Shown here: piece after piece, positions 29,451 through 38,860 of the stretch
Layout: every line of letters starts with the position of its first letter
How positions within the stretch are numbered: position 1 is the first letter of the stretch
DNA from: Candidatus Eiseniibacteriota bacterium
GTDB lineage: Bacteria > Eisenbacteria > RBG-16-71-46
Length of the DNA: 64,000 nt
Direction of reading: 5' to 3'
NCBI GenBank assembly: GCA_963707915.1
Contig: OY970178.1
Span: 2,336,001-2,400,000, forward strand
Notes under the pieces: model-generated
Told to the model about the DNA's origin: nothing
The model's database searches: none
The model's input: the letters and a program-made list of their open reading frames with translations, nothing else
Program-made: the position numbers and the translations under genes

Positions 29451-29478
29451 GTTTCGGCAGCAACCGCGGCGCACTTGA
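29451..29478 (-). promoter_or_regulatory. Sigma28-like promoter of the hybrid kinase
   Basis: Minus strand TCAAG-N15-GCCGAAAC, same spacing as the motif at 7321-7348. Confidence 0.58.
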
Positions 29479-29598
29479 GGGCCACCCGGTCGACCGCGGG
29501 ACCGGCCGCCCCCCGGGGCCCCGCGCACGGTGCCGCGCGGGCGCGGGGCAGGCGTGCCCGGCCCGCGGTCCGGCCGGGGCGGCGCCGCGGCGCCGGGA

Positions 29599-30624
29599 CT
29601 ACCTCGTCGTCGTGATCGTGACGCGCACGCTCATGCCCGGACGCAGCGGACGCACGGCGTCGTTGGGCTCGTCGAGCCCGATGCGCACCGGGATGCGCTG
29701 GACCACCTTGGTGAAGTTGCCCGTGGCGTTGTCGGGCGGCAGCAGCGAGAACTTCGCGCCGGTCGCCGGGCTCAGGCTCTCGACGTGTCCGCGGATCCTC
29801 CTCCCCGGGTACGAGTCCACCGTGATCTCGACCCGGTCGCCCGGCAGGACGTTCCGCACCGTGGTCTCCTTGAGGTTGGCGATCACCCAGACGTCGCGCA
29901 GCGGCACCACGCTGAGCAGCGGCTGCCCGGCCTGCACGTACTGGCCGACCTCGACCGACTTCCGCGTCACCACGCCCGACTCCGGCGCGGCGACGCTCGT
30001 GTAGGAGAGCACCAGCGCGGCCTGGTCGCGCGCCGCCCGGGCCGCCGCCACCCGGCTCTCGGCGCCGCGCAGCCCGGCGCTCGCGGCCAGCACCTGCTGC
30101 GTGGCGGCCTGCACCTGGGCCTCCGACGCGGTGGCCGCGGCCTCGGCGGCGTCGAGTTGCTGGCGGCTGATGATGCCGCGCTCGGTGAGCGAGCGGTAGC
30201 GCTCGAGGTCGCTCGCGGCCCGGCGCGCGTTGGCCCGGGCCTGCTCGACCGCCGCGCGCGCGGCCTGCAGCTGCGCCGAGGCCTGGCCGGGCTCGCCCCG
30301 GGCGCCGCCCACCGCGATCGCGGAAGCGAGGTCCGCCTCGGTCTGGGCGAGACGCGCGCGGACGTCCCGGTCGTCGATCCGGACCAGCACCTGGCCCGCG
30401 CTCACCGCATGATTGTCATCCACCTCGACCGCCGCGACGTAGCCCGCCACGCGCGACAGGACCGGGATGACGTGTCCCTCGACCTGCGCGTTATCGTCGC
30501 CGATGTGCGTGCGCGCCCAGGCCCAGCGTTGCGCCACCAGCGCCGCGGCGGCCAGGACCACCAGGGCGAGCACGACCAGCACGGTGCGCCGGCGCGCCGA
30601 TCCCGCGGACGGGGGCGCGCTCAT
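29599..30624 (-). CDS. HlyD/EmrA-family periplasmic adaptor
   Basis: N-terminal TM, DDNAQVEG, GQVLVRID, WVIANLKET, FSLLPPDNATGNFTKVVQRIPVRI, LRPGMS; ATG overlaps the TolC stop. Confidence 0.94.
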   Translation of the reverse strand: MSAPPSAGSARRRTVLVVLALVVLAAAALVAQRWAWARTHIGDDNAQVEGHVIPVLSRVAGYVAAVEVDDNHAVSAGQVLVRIDDRDVRARLAQTEADLASAIAVGGARGEPGQASAQLQAARAAVEQARANARRAASDLERYRSLTERGIISRQQLDAAEAAATASEAQVQAATQQVLAASAGLRGAESRVAAARAARDQAALVLSYTSVAAPESGVVTRKSVEVGQYVQAGQPLLSVVPLRDVWVIANLKETTVRNVLPGDRVEITVDSYPGRRIRGHVESLSPATGAKFSLLPPDNATGNFTKVVQRIPVRIGLDEPNDAVRPLRPGMSVRVTITTTR

Positions 30625-31991
30625 CGGACCGTCCTCGCCACGCCCGCCGCGCGGGCCAGTGCGATGCGCGCCGCGGCCGTCACGCTGCGCGCGTCGATGA
30701 GCGCGTCGCGCCCGCGCAACAGCGAGGACTGCGCGTTGATCACCTCGATGTTCCCCGCCACGCCGCTGGCGAAGCGTTCGCGCGCCTGCGCCAGCTCCTC
30801 CTCCGCGAGCCTCAGCCGTTCCATCGCCACGCTCTCCTGTTCGAGCCCCGAAGAGACCTCCAGCGCGGCACCGAGCACCTCCCCCGCGACCTGCTGGCGG
30901 AGGTCGCGCTCGCGCACCTCCGATTCGCGCGCCACGGCGCGCTGTTCGGCGGCGCGGCCCTCGCGGCGCAGCCCGTCGAAGATCGGCATCGAGGCCGACA
31001 GCGTGACCGTGCGCGTGGTCAGCGCGTCGGAGGAGTGCGCCCCGCTGAGACCGTAGTCCGCGTTGAAATCGATGCGCGGCAGCCGCTCGGCCTGGATGGC
31101 GCGCTGCTCGGCCCCGGCGCGGGCGACCCGCGAGCGCTCCGCGGCCAGCTCGGGGCGCTGCGCCAGCGCCATCTCGATCGCCGCCCCGGTCTCCTCCGGC
31201 GCCGACGACGCGCCGAGGACGGTCGAGAGCGTGTCGGTGAGCGCGAACCGGGTCGCCGGGTCGAAGCCCAGCGTCCGCGCCAGGTCGATGGTGGAGCGCA
31301 CGGCCTGGTTCTGCGCCACCAGCAGCGCCCCGCGCGCGGCCGCCTCCTGGGTGCGCGCCCGGATCACGTCGATGCGGGCCGCGGTGCCCGCCCGCACCTG
31401 GTCCTCGGCCAGCGACGCGAGCTGCCGCGCGAGATCGAGATCGGCGCTGCGCGCCGACACCACCGCGGCCGCGCGCGCGGCCCGCACGTAGGCCAGCGCG
31501 ACCGCCTGCGCGGCGGTCTCGGCGCTGCCGCCCGCCTCCGCGCGGCTCACGCCCACGGCGAGCCCGGCCGAACGCAGCCGCAGCCACGAGGCCGCGTCGA
31601 ACAACGGCTGGGAGGCCCGCAGGCGCGCGTCCACCTGGTCCACCGGACCGATCAGGTCCGGGAACGAGAGGCCCGGGAGGCTCGGGAAGACGATGCCCGT
31701 CGCCTTCAGCGAGTAGGTGCGTTCCAACGAGAACGCCGAGCCCGAGATCACCGGCAGCAGCGCCGCGCGCGCCTGGCCACGGCGGGCCTCGGCCTCGGTC
31801 AGCCGCAGCGCAGCCACCTGCACCGACGGCGCCCCGCTCGAGGCGATCGAGACGGCCTGCCCCAGCGACATCCCGGCGGTCGCGCCGCCCGGCGCCCCGG
31901 GCGCCACGGCGGCCGGCGCGTCCGCGGCGCGGACCGGCGACGCGAACGCGCCGGCCAGCAGGACGAGGACCGTGAACATGGTGCTGTGCAT
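30621..31991 (-). CDS. TolC-family outer membrane efflux protein
   Basis: Signal peptide; ARAALLPVI, SQPLFD, ALAQRPEL, SMPIFDG, ERFASGV, ALARAAG; two OEP repeats. Confidence 0.9.
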   Translation of the reverse strand: MHSTMFTVLVLLAGAFASPVRAADAPAAVAPGAPGGATAGMSLGQAVSIASSGAPSVQVAALRLTEAEARRGQARAALLPVISGSAFSLERTYSLKATGIVFPSLPGLSFPDLIGPVDQVDARLRASQPLFDAASWLRLRSAGLAVGVSRAEAGGSAETAAQAVALAYVRAARAAAVVSARSADLDLARQLASLAEDQVRAGTAARIDVIRARTQEAAARGALLVAQNQAVRSTIDLARTLGFDPATRFALTDTLSTVLGASSAPEETGAAIEMALAQRPELAAERSRVARAGAEQRAIQAERLPRIDFNADYGLSGAHSSDALTTRTVTLSASMPIFDGLRREGRAAEQRAVARESEVRERDLRQQVAGEVLGAALEVSSGLEQESVAMERLRLAEEELAQARERFASGVAGNIEVINAQSSLLRGRDALIDARSVTAAARIALARAAGVARTVR

Positions 31992-32122
31992 CTTCGGGGC
32001 CTCCGCGCCCGGCCCGCCCCTTCCGGGGGCGCCCGGCGCCGTGCGACGTGGGTCGGAGCGTCACGGCAGGACGTGCGGACACGGGCGTGACCGCGACGCC
32101 CCTGGTCCGCATGGTCGGCCGC

Positions 32123-32251
32123 ATTATAGCCCGATGCGACCCCGCGGGACCAAGTGCGGGCGGACCTCGCCCCGGCACGCTGCCACGGCCGCCCGTCGCC
32201 CCGACACCGGCGCGCCCGCCCGTTGCGCGCTCCGCGCCGCGCACCTACACT
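32123..32251. promoter_or_regulatory. Divergent sigma70-type promoters for tolC-emrA (-) and tldD-pmbA-emrB (+)
   Basis: Minus-strand TATAAT at 32128-32123; plus-strand TTGCGC (32223-32228)-N17-TACACT (32246-32251). Confidence 0.55.
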
Positions 32252-32299
32252 GCCGCGGTCCTTCACCGTGTCCGCGCTCCACCCTCAACCCGTGCCCTC

Positions 32300-33730
32300 A
32301 TGCCCGACGCCCCGTCCGAACTCTCCGACCTGGTCCCGCGCGAGCTCGCCGCCGAGCTGCTCGGGCTGGCGCGCGCGCACGGTGCGGGATTCGCCGAGGT
32401 CTACGCCGAGCACGCCATGGTCTCCGCCTTCACGCTCGAAGAGCGCCGCATCCGCTCGTCGGAGTACTCGCGCGGCCAGGGGGTGGGCGTGCGCGCGATC
32501 CACGGCCAGCAGACCGGCTACGCCTACGCCGACGGCTTCGACGTCGCGGACCTGCGCGAGGCCGCCCGCGTCGCGGCCCGCATCGCGCGCGACGGCGCTC
32601 CGGGCGGGGCTCCGCGCGCCTTCGCCGTCGTCGAGGCCCCGGCGCCCTTCACGCTCGCCGCGCCGGTGACGCTCACGCTCGACCCGGCCCGCAAGGTCGA
32701 GATGCTGCGCCGCGCCGACGAGGCCGCGCGCGGGCACGACGGGCGCATCCACGAGGTCTCGGCCGGCTTCGCCGATTCCGCGAAGAGCACGCTGGTCGCC
32801 AACAGCGACGGGCTGTGGGCCGAGGACCGGCACTTCCTCGCGCGCCTGGCGGTCACGGCCTTCGCGACCGAGGGCGACGTCCGCCAGCACGGCACCGCCA
32901 CCGGCGGCGGGAGCGTCGAGGCCGCGCACTTCGAGGGCCCGCGCACGCCCGAGCAGATCGCGCTCGAGGCCGCGGGCGTGGCCGTCACCCTGCTGCGCGC
33001 CGAGGAGCCCCGGGCCGGCACCTACCCGGTCGTGGTCGCTCCCGGCTGGGGCGGCGTGCTCGTGCACGAGTGCTTCGGCCACGGCATGGAAGGCGACGTC
33101 ATCCGCAAGAAGTCCTCGATCCGCGCGTCGCAGATGGGACGGCTGGTCGCGGCCCGGGGCGTGACCATCGTGGACTCGGGCCTGGTGCCGTTCTCGCGCG
33201 GCTCGTTCCGCGTGGACGACGAGGGCACGCCCGCCCAGCGCACCCTGCTGGTCGAGGACGGCGTGCTGGTCGGCTACCTCTGGGACCTGCTGAATGCGCG
33301 GCTCACCGGGAACCGGCCGACCGGCAACGGCCGGCGCTCCTCGTACCGCGACTTCCCGCTGTGCCGCATGACCAACACGTTCATCGAGGCCGGCACGGCC
33401 GCGCCCGCGGACCTCATCGCCTCGGTCCCGCGCGGGCTCTACTGCAAGAACCTGGGCGGAGGCTCGGTCAGCCCGGCCGACGGCAACTTCTCGTTCCAGG
33501 TCACCGAGGCCTGGCGCATCGAGGACGGCCGGCTGGTCGCGCCCGTGCGCAACGCCACCCTGACCGGCAACGGCGACGACGCGATGCTCAAGATCGACGG
33601 CGTGGGCAGCGACCTGCGCATCGAGGGCAGCACCGGCTCGTGCGGCAAGGACGGCCAGTGGAAGCCGGTGGGCGTCGGCCAGCCCACCGTGCGCTTCACC
33701 GGGATCACCGTCGGGGGCACCGGCACGTGA
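32300..33730 (+). CDS. tldD: TldD-family metalloprotease (catalytic subunit)
   Basis: GVGVRAI, metal motif HECFGHGMEGD, DDEGTP, TGNGRR, RMTNTFI, CGKDGQ, GQPTVR. Confidence 0.93.
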   Translation: MPDAPSELSDLVPRELAAELLGLARAHGAGFAEVYAEHAMVSAFTLEERRIRSSEYSRGQGVGVRAIHGQQTGYAYADGFDVADLREAARVAARIARDGAPGGAPRAFAVVEAPAPFTLAAPVTLTLDPARKVEMLRRADEAARGHDGRIHEVSAGFADSAKSTLVANSDGLWAEDRHFLARLAVTAFATEGDVRQHGTATGGGSVEAAHFEGPRTPEQIALEAAGVAVTLLRAEEPRAGTYPVVVAPGWGGVLVHECFGHGMEGDVIRKKSSIRASQMGRLVAARGVTIVDSGLVPFSRGSFRVDDEGTPAQRTLLVEDGVLVGYLWDLLNARLTGNRPTGNGRRSSYRDFPLCRMTNTFIEAGTAAPADLIASVPRGLYCKNLGGGSVSPADGNFSFQVTEAWRIEDGRLVAPVRNATLTGNGDDAMLKIDGVGSDLRIEGSTGSCGKDGQWKPVGVGQPTVRFTGITVGGTGT

Positions 33731-35115
33731 GCGGCGCGCCCCGCGACGGCCGGCCGCTCGACGCCGACGCGCTCCTGCGCCTCGGCGCGGACGCCGTGGA
33801 GCGCGCGCGACGGGCGGGCGCCGACCACGCCGAGGCCTGCCTCGAGAGCCTGCGCTCCTTCACCGTGCGGGTGAACGGCGGCGAGATCGAGAGCCTCAAG
33901 CAGAGCGTGACGCGGGGGCTCGGCCTGCGCGTGCTGGTCGGCGGGGCGCAGGGGTTCGTCTCGAGCACCGACCTGGCGCCCGGCGCGCTCGACGAGCTCG
34001 CGCGTCACGCCGTGGCGCTGGCGCGATTCTCGACGCCCGACGAGGCCAACGCCTTCCCCACGCCGGCGGACGCCACCGACGAGCCGCCGCCGGACCTCGG
34101 GCTGGTGGACCCGGCCGTGCTCGAGTGGCCCGCCGAGCGCCGCATCGAGATGGCGCTGACGCTCGAGCGGGTCGCGCTGGCCTGCGACCCGCGGATCCAG
34201 CGCACCGACGGCGCGAGCGTCTCCGCGCGCGACGGGCATGCGGCCCTGGTGAACTCGAGCGGCCTGGCGCGCGCCTCGTCCGGCACCACGGTGAGCGCGC
34301 ACGTCGTGCCGCTCGCCGTCGACGGCGAGGGCAAGCAGCAGACCGGCTGGTACGGCATGGTCCAGTGCCGGCTCGACCAGCTCGAGGAGCCCGAGGCCAT
34401 CGCACGCGAGGCCGCGCGCCGCGCCGTCGCGCGGATCGGGGCGCGCCAGGTGCCGACCGCCCGCGTGCCGGTGATCCTCGCCCCCGACATCGCGGCGGCC
34501 TGGATCGGCGAGATGTTCGAGGCCTTCAGCGGCGAGGCCCACCTCAAGCGGACGTCGTGGCTCACCGGCCGGCTGGGCGAGACCATCGCCTCGGGGCTCG
34601 TGACGCTGGTGGACGACGGCCGGCGGCCGCGCGCGGTCGGGAGCGAGCCCTTCGACGGCGAAGGGATGCCGACGCGCCGCAACGTGCTGGTCGAGCGCGG
34701 CCGCTTCACCACCGTCCTCTACGACCACTACCACGCGCGGCGCGCCGGCGTCCGCTCCACCGGGAGCGCCGTGCGCGGCTACGCCTCGACGCCGGGCATC
34801 GGCTCGCACAACCTCTACGTCGAGGCCGGGGACCAGAGCCCCGAGGCCATCCTGGCGCGCGTGGACCGCGGCTTCTACATGGACGACCAGGGCTCGTACG
34901 GGTTCAACTCCACGACCGGCGACTACTCCTTCCAGGCGCAGGGCTTCTGGATCGAGCGCGGCGTGAAGGCCTTCCCGGTCGAGGGCGTGACGGTGGCTTC
35001 GAACTCGCTGGAGATGCTCGCGAACGTGGCCGCGGTGGGCGACGACCTGCGCTTCCTCGGCAGCGTCGCGAGCCCCACGCTGCTGGTCTCCGAGATGACC
35101 GTCAGCGGAGGGTAG
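33727..35115 (+). CDS. pmbA: PmbA/TldE-family protein
   Basis: GTG overlaps the tldD stop; GLGLRVL, PFDGEG, STGSA, TGDYS, GFWIERG, SPTLLV; no HExxxH motif. Confidence 0.9.
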   Translation: MSGAPRDGRPLDADALLRLGADAVERARRAGADHAEACLESLRSFTVRVNGGEIESLKQSVTRGLGLRVLVGGAQGFVSSTDLAPGALDELARHAVALARFSTPDEANAFPTPADATDEPPPDLGLVDPAVLEWPAERRIEMALTLERVALACDPRIQRTDGASVSARDGHAALVNSSGLARASSGTTVSAHVVPLAVDGEGKQQTGWYGMVQCRLDQLEEPEAIAREAARRAVARIGARQVPTARVPVILAPDIAAAWIGEMFEAFSGEAHLKRTSWLTGRLGETIASGLVTLVDDGRRPRAVGSEPFDGEGMPTRRNVLVERGRFTTVLYDHYHARRAGVRSTGSAVRGYASTPGIGSHNLYVEAGDQSPEAILARVDRGFYMDDQGSYGFNSTTGDYSFQAQGFWIERGVKAFPVEGVTVASNSLEMLANVAAVGDDLRFLGSVASPTLLVSEMTVSGG

Positions 35116-35120
35116 CCGGC

Positions 35121-36746
35121 ATGTCCACGATCCAGGCCGCGGCGGGCGCGCTCGGCTTCCAGCGTCCCGACAACAAGTGGCTGGTCGCGTTCGCCGTGAG
35201 CTTCGGCGCGCTGATGGCGACTATCGACATCTCGATCGTCAACGTGGCCCTGCCCCAGATCCGCGGCTCGATCGGCGCCTCGATCGACCAGATGACCGCG
35301 CTCGGGACCTCGTTCGCCATCGCGCAGGTCATCGTCATGCCGCTCACCGCGTTCCTCGGGCGCTTCTTCGGCCAGAAGCGCGTCTACCTCTTCTGCCTCG
35401 GCCTGTTCATCGTCGGCTCGATGCTCTGCGGCATCGCGCACACGCTGCCCCAGCTCATCGCCGCACGCGCCCTGCAGGGCTTCGGCGCCGGCGCGCTCCA
35501 GCCCAGCCAGATGGCCATCCTGCGGCAGACCTTCCCGCCGAGGGAGCAGGGCATGGCGATGGCCATCGTCGGGATGGTGGTGGTCATCGGGCCGGCCATC
35601 GGCCCCACGCTGGGCGGCTGGATCGTGGACAACTGGTCGTGGCCCTGGATCTTCTATATCAACCTGCCGGTCGGCATCGTCGGCATCCTGGCGACCACCC
35701 GCTTCGTGCACGAGCCCGAGGACATCCGCGCGGCGAACCGCTCGCAGGCGGAGGTCATGCGCCGGAACCTCGACTGGCAGGGCATCGCGTACATGAGCGT
35801 CGGCCTCGCGGCCCTGCAGTACGTGCTCCAGGAAGGGAACCGCATGGACTGGTTCGACTCCAAGGCGGTCACCCTGGCGGCCATCCTGGCGGTGGCGGGG
35901 ATCACCGCCTTCATCGTGCAGGAGCTGCGCTCGCCGGCCCCGGCGGTGAACCTGCGCCTCTTCCGCGACCGGACCTTCCTCTCCGCCACGGTCATCGGCA
36001 GCATCATGTTCGCGAACCTGATGGCCAACATGTTCCTGCTGCCGGTCTTCATGCAGGAGATGCTCGGGTTCACCGCGCTCAAGTCGGGCCTGGCGCTCAT
36101 GCCGCGCGCCCTGGTGATGATGGTCGCGACCCCCATCGTCGGGCGCATCTACAACCGCGTCTCGCCGCGCCTGCTGGTGGGCCTCGGCGTGGCCTGCGTG
36201 GCCGTGGGCTCGCTCGACATGGGCCGCTTCACGCTGCAGACCAGCGACACCGGCATCATCGCGACCCTGCTGCTGCAGGGCGTGGGCTTCTCCCTGCTGT
36301 TCGTGCCGCTCACCACCGTCGCCCTGAGCCACGTGGCGCGCACGCAGCTGACCGACGCGAGCGGCCTCAACTCGCTGGTCCGGCAGTTCGGCGGCTCGGC
36401 CGGGCTCGCCATCTACGGCACCCTGCTCGAGCAGTACACGACGCGCGCCCAGGCGGCGCTGGCCGTGCACGTGGACCCCTTCCGGCCCGAGGTGGCGCAG
36501 CGACTCGAGGCGATGACGCGCGGCATGATCGCCCAGGGCATGGACGCGATCACCGCGCACGCGGCCGCGCTGAAGGCGCTGGCCGGAACGGTGGCCCGGC
36601 AGAGCGCGATGATCGCCTTCGAGAAGACCTTCATGCTCACCGGCTTCATGATGCTCACCCTGCTGCCGCTCGTGGTCTTCCTGCGTTCGAAGGACCACGA
36701 GCGGGCGCAGCCGGAGCGCCCGCCGCCCACGGCGATGGTGGAGTAG
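35121..36746 (+). CDS. DHA2 (EmrB/QacA) MFS efflux transporter
   Basis: IDISIVNVALPQI, RALQGFGAG, GPAIGPTLGGW, WPWIFYINLPVG; about 14 TM helices; starts 5 bp after pmbA. Confidence 0.95.
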   Translation: MSTIQAAAGALGFQRPDNKWLVAFAVSFGALMATIDISIVNVALPQIRGSIGASIDQMTALGTSFAIAQVIVMPLTAFLGRFFGQKRVYLFCLGLFIVGSMLCGIAHTLPQLIAARALQGFGAGALQPSQMAILRQTFPPREQGMAMAIVGMVVVIGPAIGPTLGGWIVDNWSWPWIFYINLPVGIVGILATTRFVHEPEDIRAANRSQAEVMRRNLDWQGIAYMSVGLAALQYVLQEGNRMDWFDSKAVTLAAILAVAGITAFIVQELRSPAPAVNLRLFRDRTFLSATVIGSIMFANLMANMFLLPVFMQEMLGFTALKSGLALMPRALVMMVATPIVGRIYNRVSPRLLVGLGVACVAVGSLDMGRFTLQTSDTGIIATLLLQGVGFSLLFVPLTTVALSHVARTQLTDASGLNSLVRQFGGSAGLAIYGTLLEQYTTRAQAALAVHVDPFRPEVAQRLEAMTRGMIAQGMDAITAHAAALKALAGTVARQSAMIAFEKTFMLTGFMMLTLLPLVVFLRSKDHERAQPERPPPTAMVE

Positions 36747-36815
36747 GCGGCGCGCCGCGCGCGAAGGCCGGCCCCGCGGCGCGGGACCGGCCCCGGGCGC
36801 CCCCGCGGGCCCCGC

Positions 36816-38018
36816 CTAGGAGTTCCGGAAGCTCGCCACCAGGGACACCGCCCGGCGCGGGGTGTGCGGCACCCGGCTGTCGTGGCCGCAACGCAACAGC
36901 ACCAGCGGCTCCTCGCCGGTCACGCCGAAGCGGCGCAGCAGCGGGCCGCGGAAGCGCTCGAGCTCGAGCGGCGCGTTCATCGGCTGGTGCGCCAGCCCGA
37001 GCTGCGTCGCCTTGAGCGCCAGCCGCTCGAAGGCCTGCCCGCCCACGACCCAGGACGTCTCGTCGCGGGCCGTGGTGGTCAGCAGGGCGGCGGCCCCCGC
37101 GCTGCGCACGCCCTCCCGCGCCCGCTTGGCCAGGCTGCCCGCGCCGAAGCGCAGGAACCACGAGTCGGGGTCGTAGTAGTGGCCGGCGAACCAGTTGGCC
37201 GGCCCGGTCATGCCGAGCGCGTCCACCGGCACGCCGTCACCGTGCCGCGCCGCGTCCCGGGGGCTCGAGCGCAGCCAGGCGTGCTCCTCGGCCTGGATGC
37301 GGCGGTTCGAGACCCGCTCGTGGACCGCGTCGTGCACCAGGTCGGCCAGTTCGTGGAGCGCGTCGCGACCGTCGACCCAGTACAGGCGCGGGCCATCGGC
37401 GACCTGCGCGCTCAGCTGGGCGCGGACCTGGGGCAGCAGCCCGCGCCCGTCGTAGTTGCGCCGGTTCGTCCGCCGGTCGGTCACCGCGCCGAAGAGCTCG
37501 CGGTCGCGCCGCGGGCCGCCGTCGACCCAGGTCATCTCGGCCACCGCGCCGACCGTGGCGTGCTCCGCGGGGTGGTAGCGCACGGTCGGCTGGAGCCCGT
37601 AGGCCCGGGCCGCCACGACCAGGTTCTCGAGCGCCGCACCCAGCGAGACCATCAGGCCGCGCCGCTCGGGGTCGCCGGTGGGCAGCGCGCGCTGGGCGTC
37701 GGCGAGCAGCCGGATCGATCCGGGATCCACCTCGAAGCGCCAGGGCTGGGTGTTCCAATCGCTGGGCGCGAGCACCGCCGCGCCGACCAGGGCGCGGGCG
37801 AGCTCCAGCCCGTCGGCGGGCGGCTCGGCCGGCAGCGCCCAGGGCTGCAGCGCGACGGCCTCGATGCGGGCGCGGCGCGCCCAGGCGTCCACGGGGCGCA
37901 GCGCCGTGTACGCGGCCGCGCCCCCCACGACGAGCAGGAATTCCCGACGGCCCAGCGTCCGCGGCACACGGAGGTCACGAGCGCCGGAAGCGCGCCGTGA
38001 GCGTGGGGTCCGTTCCAT
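36816..38018 (-). CDS. Acg-like FMN-binding nitroreductase-fold protein with Tat signal
   Basis: LGRREFLLVVGG twin-arginine motif; LAPSDWNTQPWRF, SLGAALENL, RRTNRRNY, GQAFERLAL. Confidence 0.85.
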   Translation of the reverse strand: MERTPRSRRASGARDLRVPRTLGRREFLLVVGGAAAYTALRPVDAWARRARIEAVALQPWALPAEPPADGLELARALVGAAVLAPSDWNTQPWRFEVDPGSIRLLADAQRALPTGDPERRGLMVSLGAALENLVVAARAYGLQPTVRYHPAEHATVGAVAEMTWVDGGPRRDRELFGAVTDRRTNRRNYDGRGLLPQVRAQLSAQVADGPRLYWVDGRDALHELADLVHDAVHERVSNRRIQAEEHAWLRSSPRDAARHGDGVPVDALGMTGPANWFAGHYYDPDSWFLRFGAGSLAKRAREGVRSAGAAALLTTTARDETSWVVGGQAFERLALKATQLGLAHQPMNAPLELERFRGPLLRRFGVTGEEPLVLLRCGHDSRVPHTPRRAVSLVASFRNS

Positions 38019-38164
38019 GACCCCGGAGAGTGCGCGGCGGGGGTCACGCGCGTCAACCCGAAAGACCCAAGCGATTGACGAACCGCGATTTAGCCCGGCC
38101 GGTCCGTGGGCCCGCCGCGGCGGCCAGGTTGCCGTCGCATCGGGCCCGCGGATAGCTTCACCCG

Positions 38165-38659
38165 GTGCCTCCGACCCGTTTCCTGGCCGACTCCTCGCTG
38201 GAGTCCCTCGCCCGTCGCCTGCGCTTCCTGGGCTACGACGTGGCCACGATCGCGGGCGCCCGGCTCGAGGAGCTCCTCGAGGCGGCCCGGTGCGAGGGCC
38301 GCACCGTCCTCACGCTGAGCACGCGACGACCGCGGCGCTGGGCGGGCGTGCCGGCGATCACGGTCGGGCGCGGCGACGAGGCGGGGGCGGTGCGGCGGCT
38401 GGCGGCGGCCTGCGAGCCCGCGGGCCCGCCCTTCAGCCGCTGCGGCCGGTGCGGCGCGGCGCTCGAGCCCCGGCAGGCCTTCGAGGCGCACGGGGAGGTG
38501 CCGGGCCGCGTGCTGCGCTCCGCGACCGCGCTGCGCCATTGCCCCGCGTGCGGCAAGTGGTACTGGGAGGGCACGCACGTCGCGCGCATCCGCGAGTGGC
38601 TCGAGCGCGCGCTCGGCCGGCCGCTCGAGCCGCGCGAAGACGCGCCGCGGCCCGGCTGA
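38165..38659 (+). CDS. Mut7-C (PIN-like) RNase domain protein with zinc ribbon
   Basis: RFLAD...LARRLRFLGYD, FSRCGRC, CPACGKWYWEGTH. Confidence 0.85.
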   Translation: MPPTRFLADSSLESLARRLRFLGYDVATIAGARLEELLEAARCEGRTVLTLSTRRPRRWAGVPAITVGRGDEAGAVRRLAAACEPAGPPFSRCGRCGAALEPRQAFEAHGEVPGRVLRSATALRHCPACGKWYWEGTHVARIREWLERALGRPLEPREDAPRPG

Positions 38660-38860
38660 CGGCGGAGCGAGGTCGGTGCGGACCGCGCGCACCGCGGGAC
38701 GGCCGGCCCGCCCGGCCCGCGCCGGGCCGCGCCGGGCGCGACCTCCGCCCGCGACCGTGTGCTAGACTTCCGGCGATGCAGCCTTGAGCCCGGTCTGACC
38801 GTCGTCGCGCCATCGGACCCGCCGTGCGGGTCCCCCGCTCCAGCCGAGGGGCTCCCCCGC

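Noticed and set aside
32300..38018. Complete microcin/TOMM RiPP cluster
   Set aside because: No YcaO, E1-like protein or precursor peptide is visible, and the nitroreductase looks Acg-like; kept only as a weaker hypothesis in the findings.
38051..38080. CGTCAA...TTGACG inverted repeat between divergent genes
   Set aside because: Only 6-bp arms; more simply explained as back-to-back -35 boxes.
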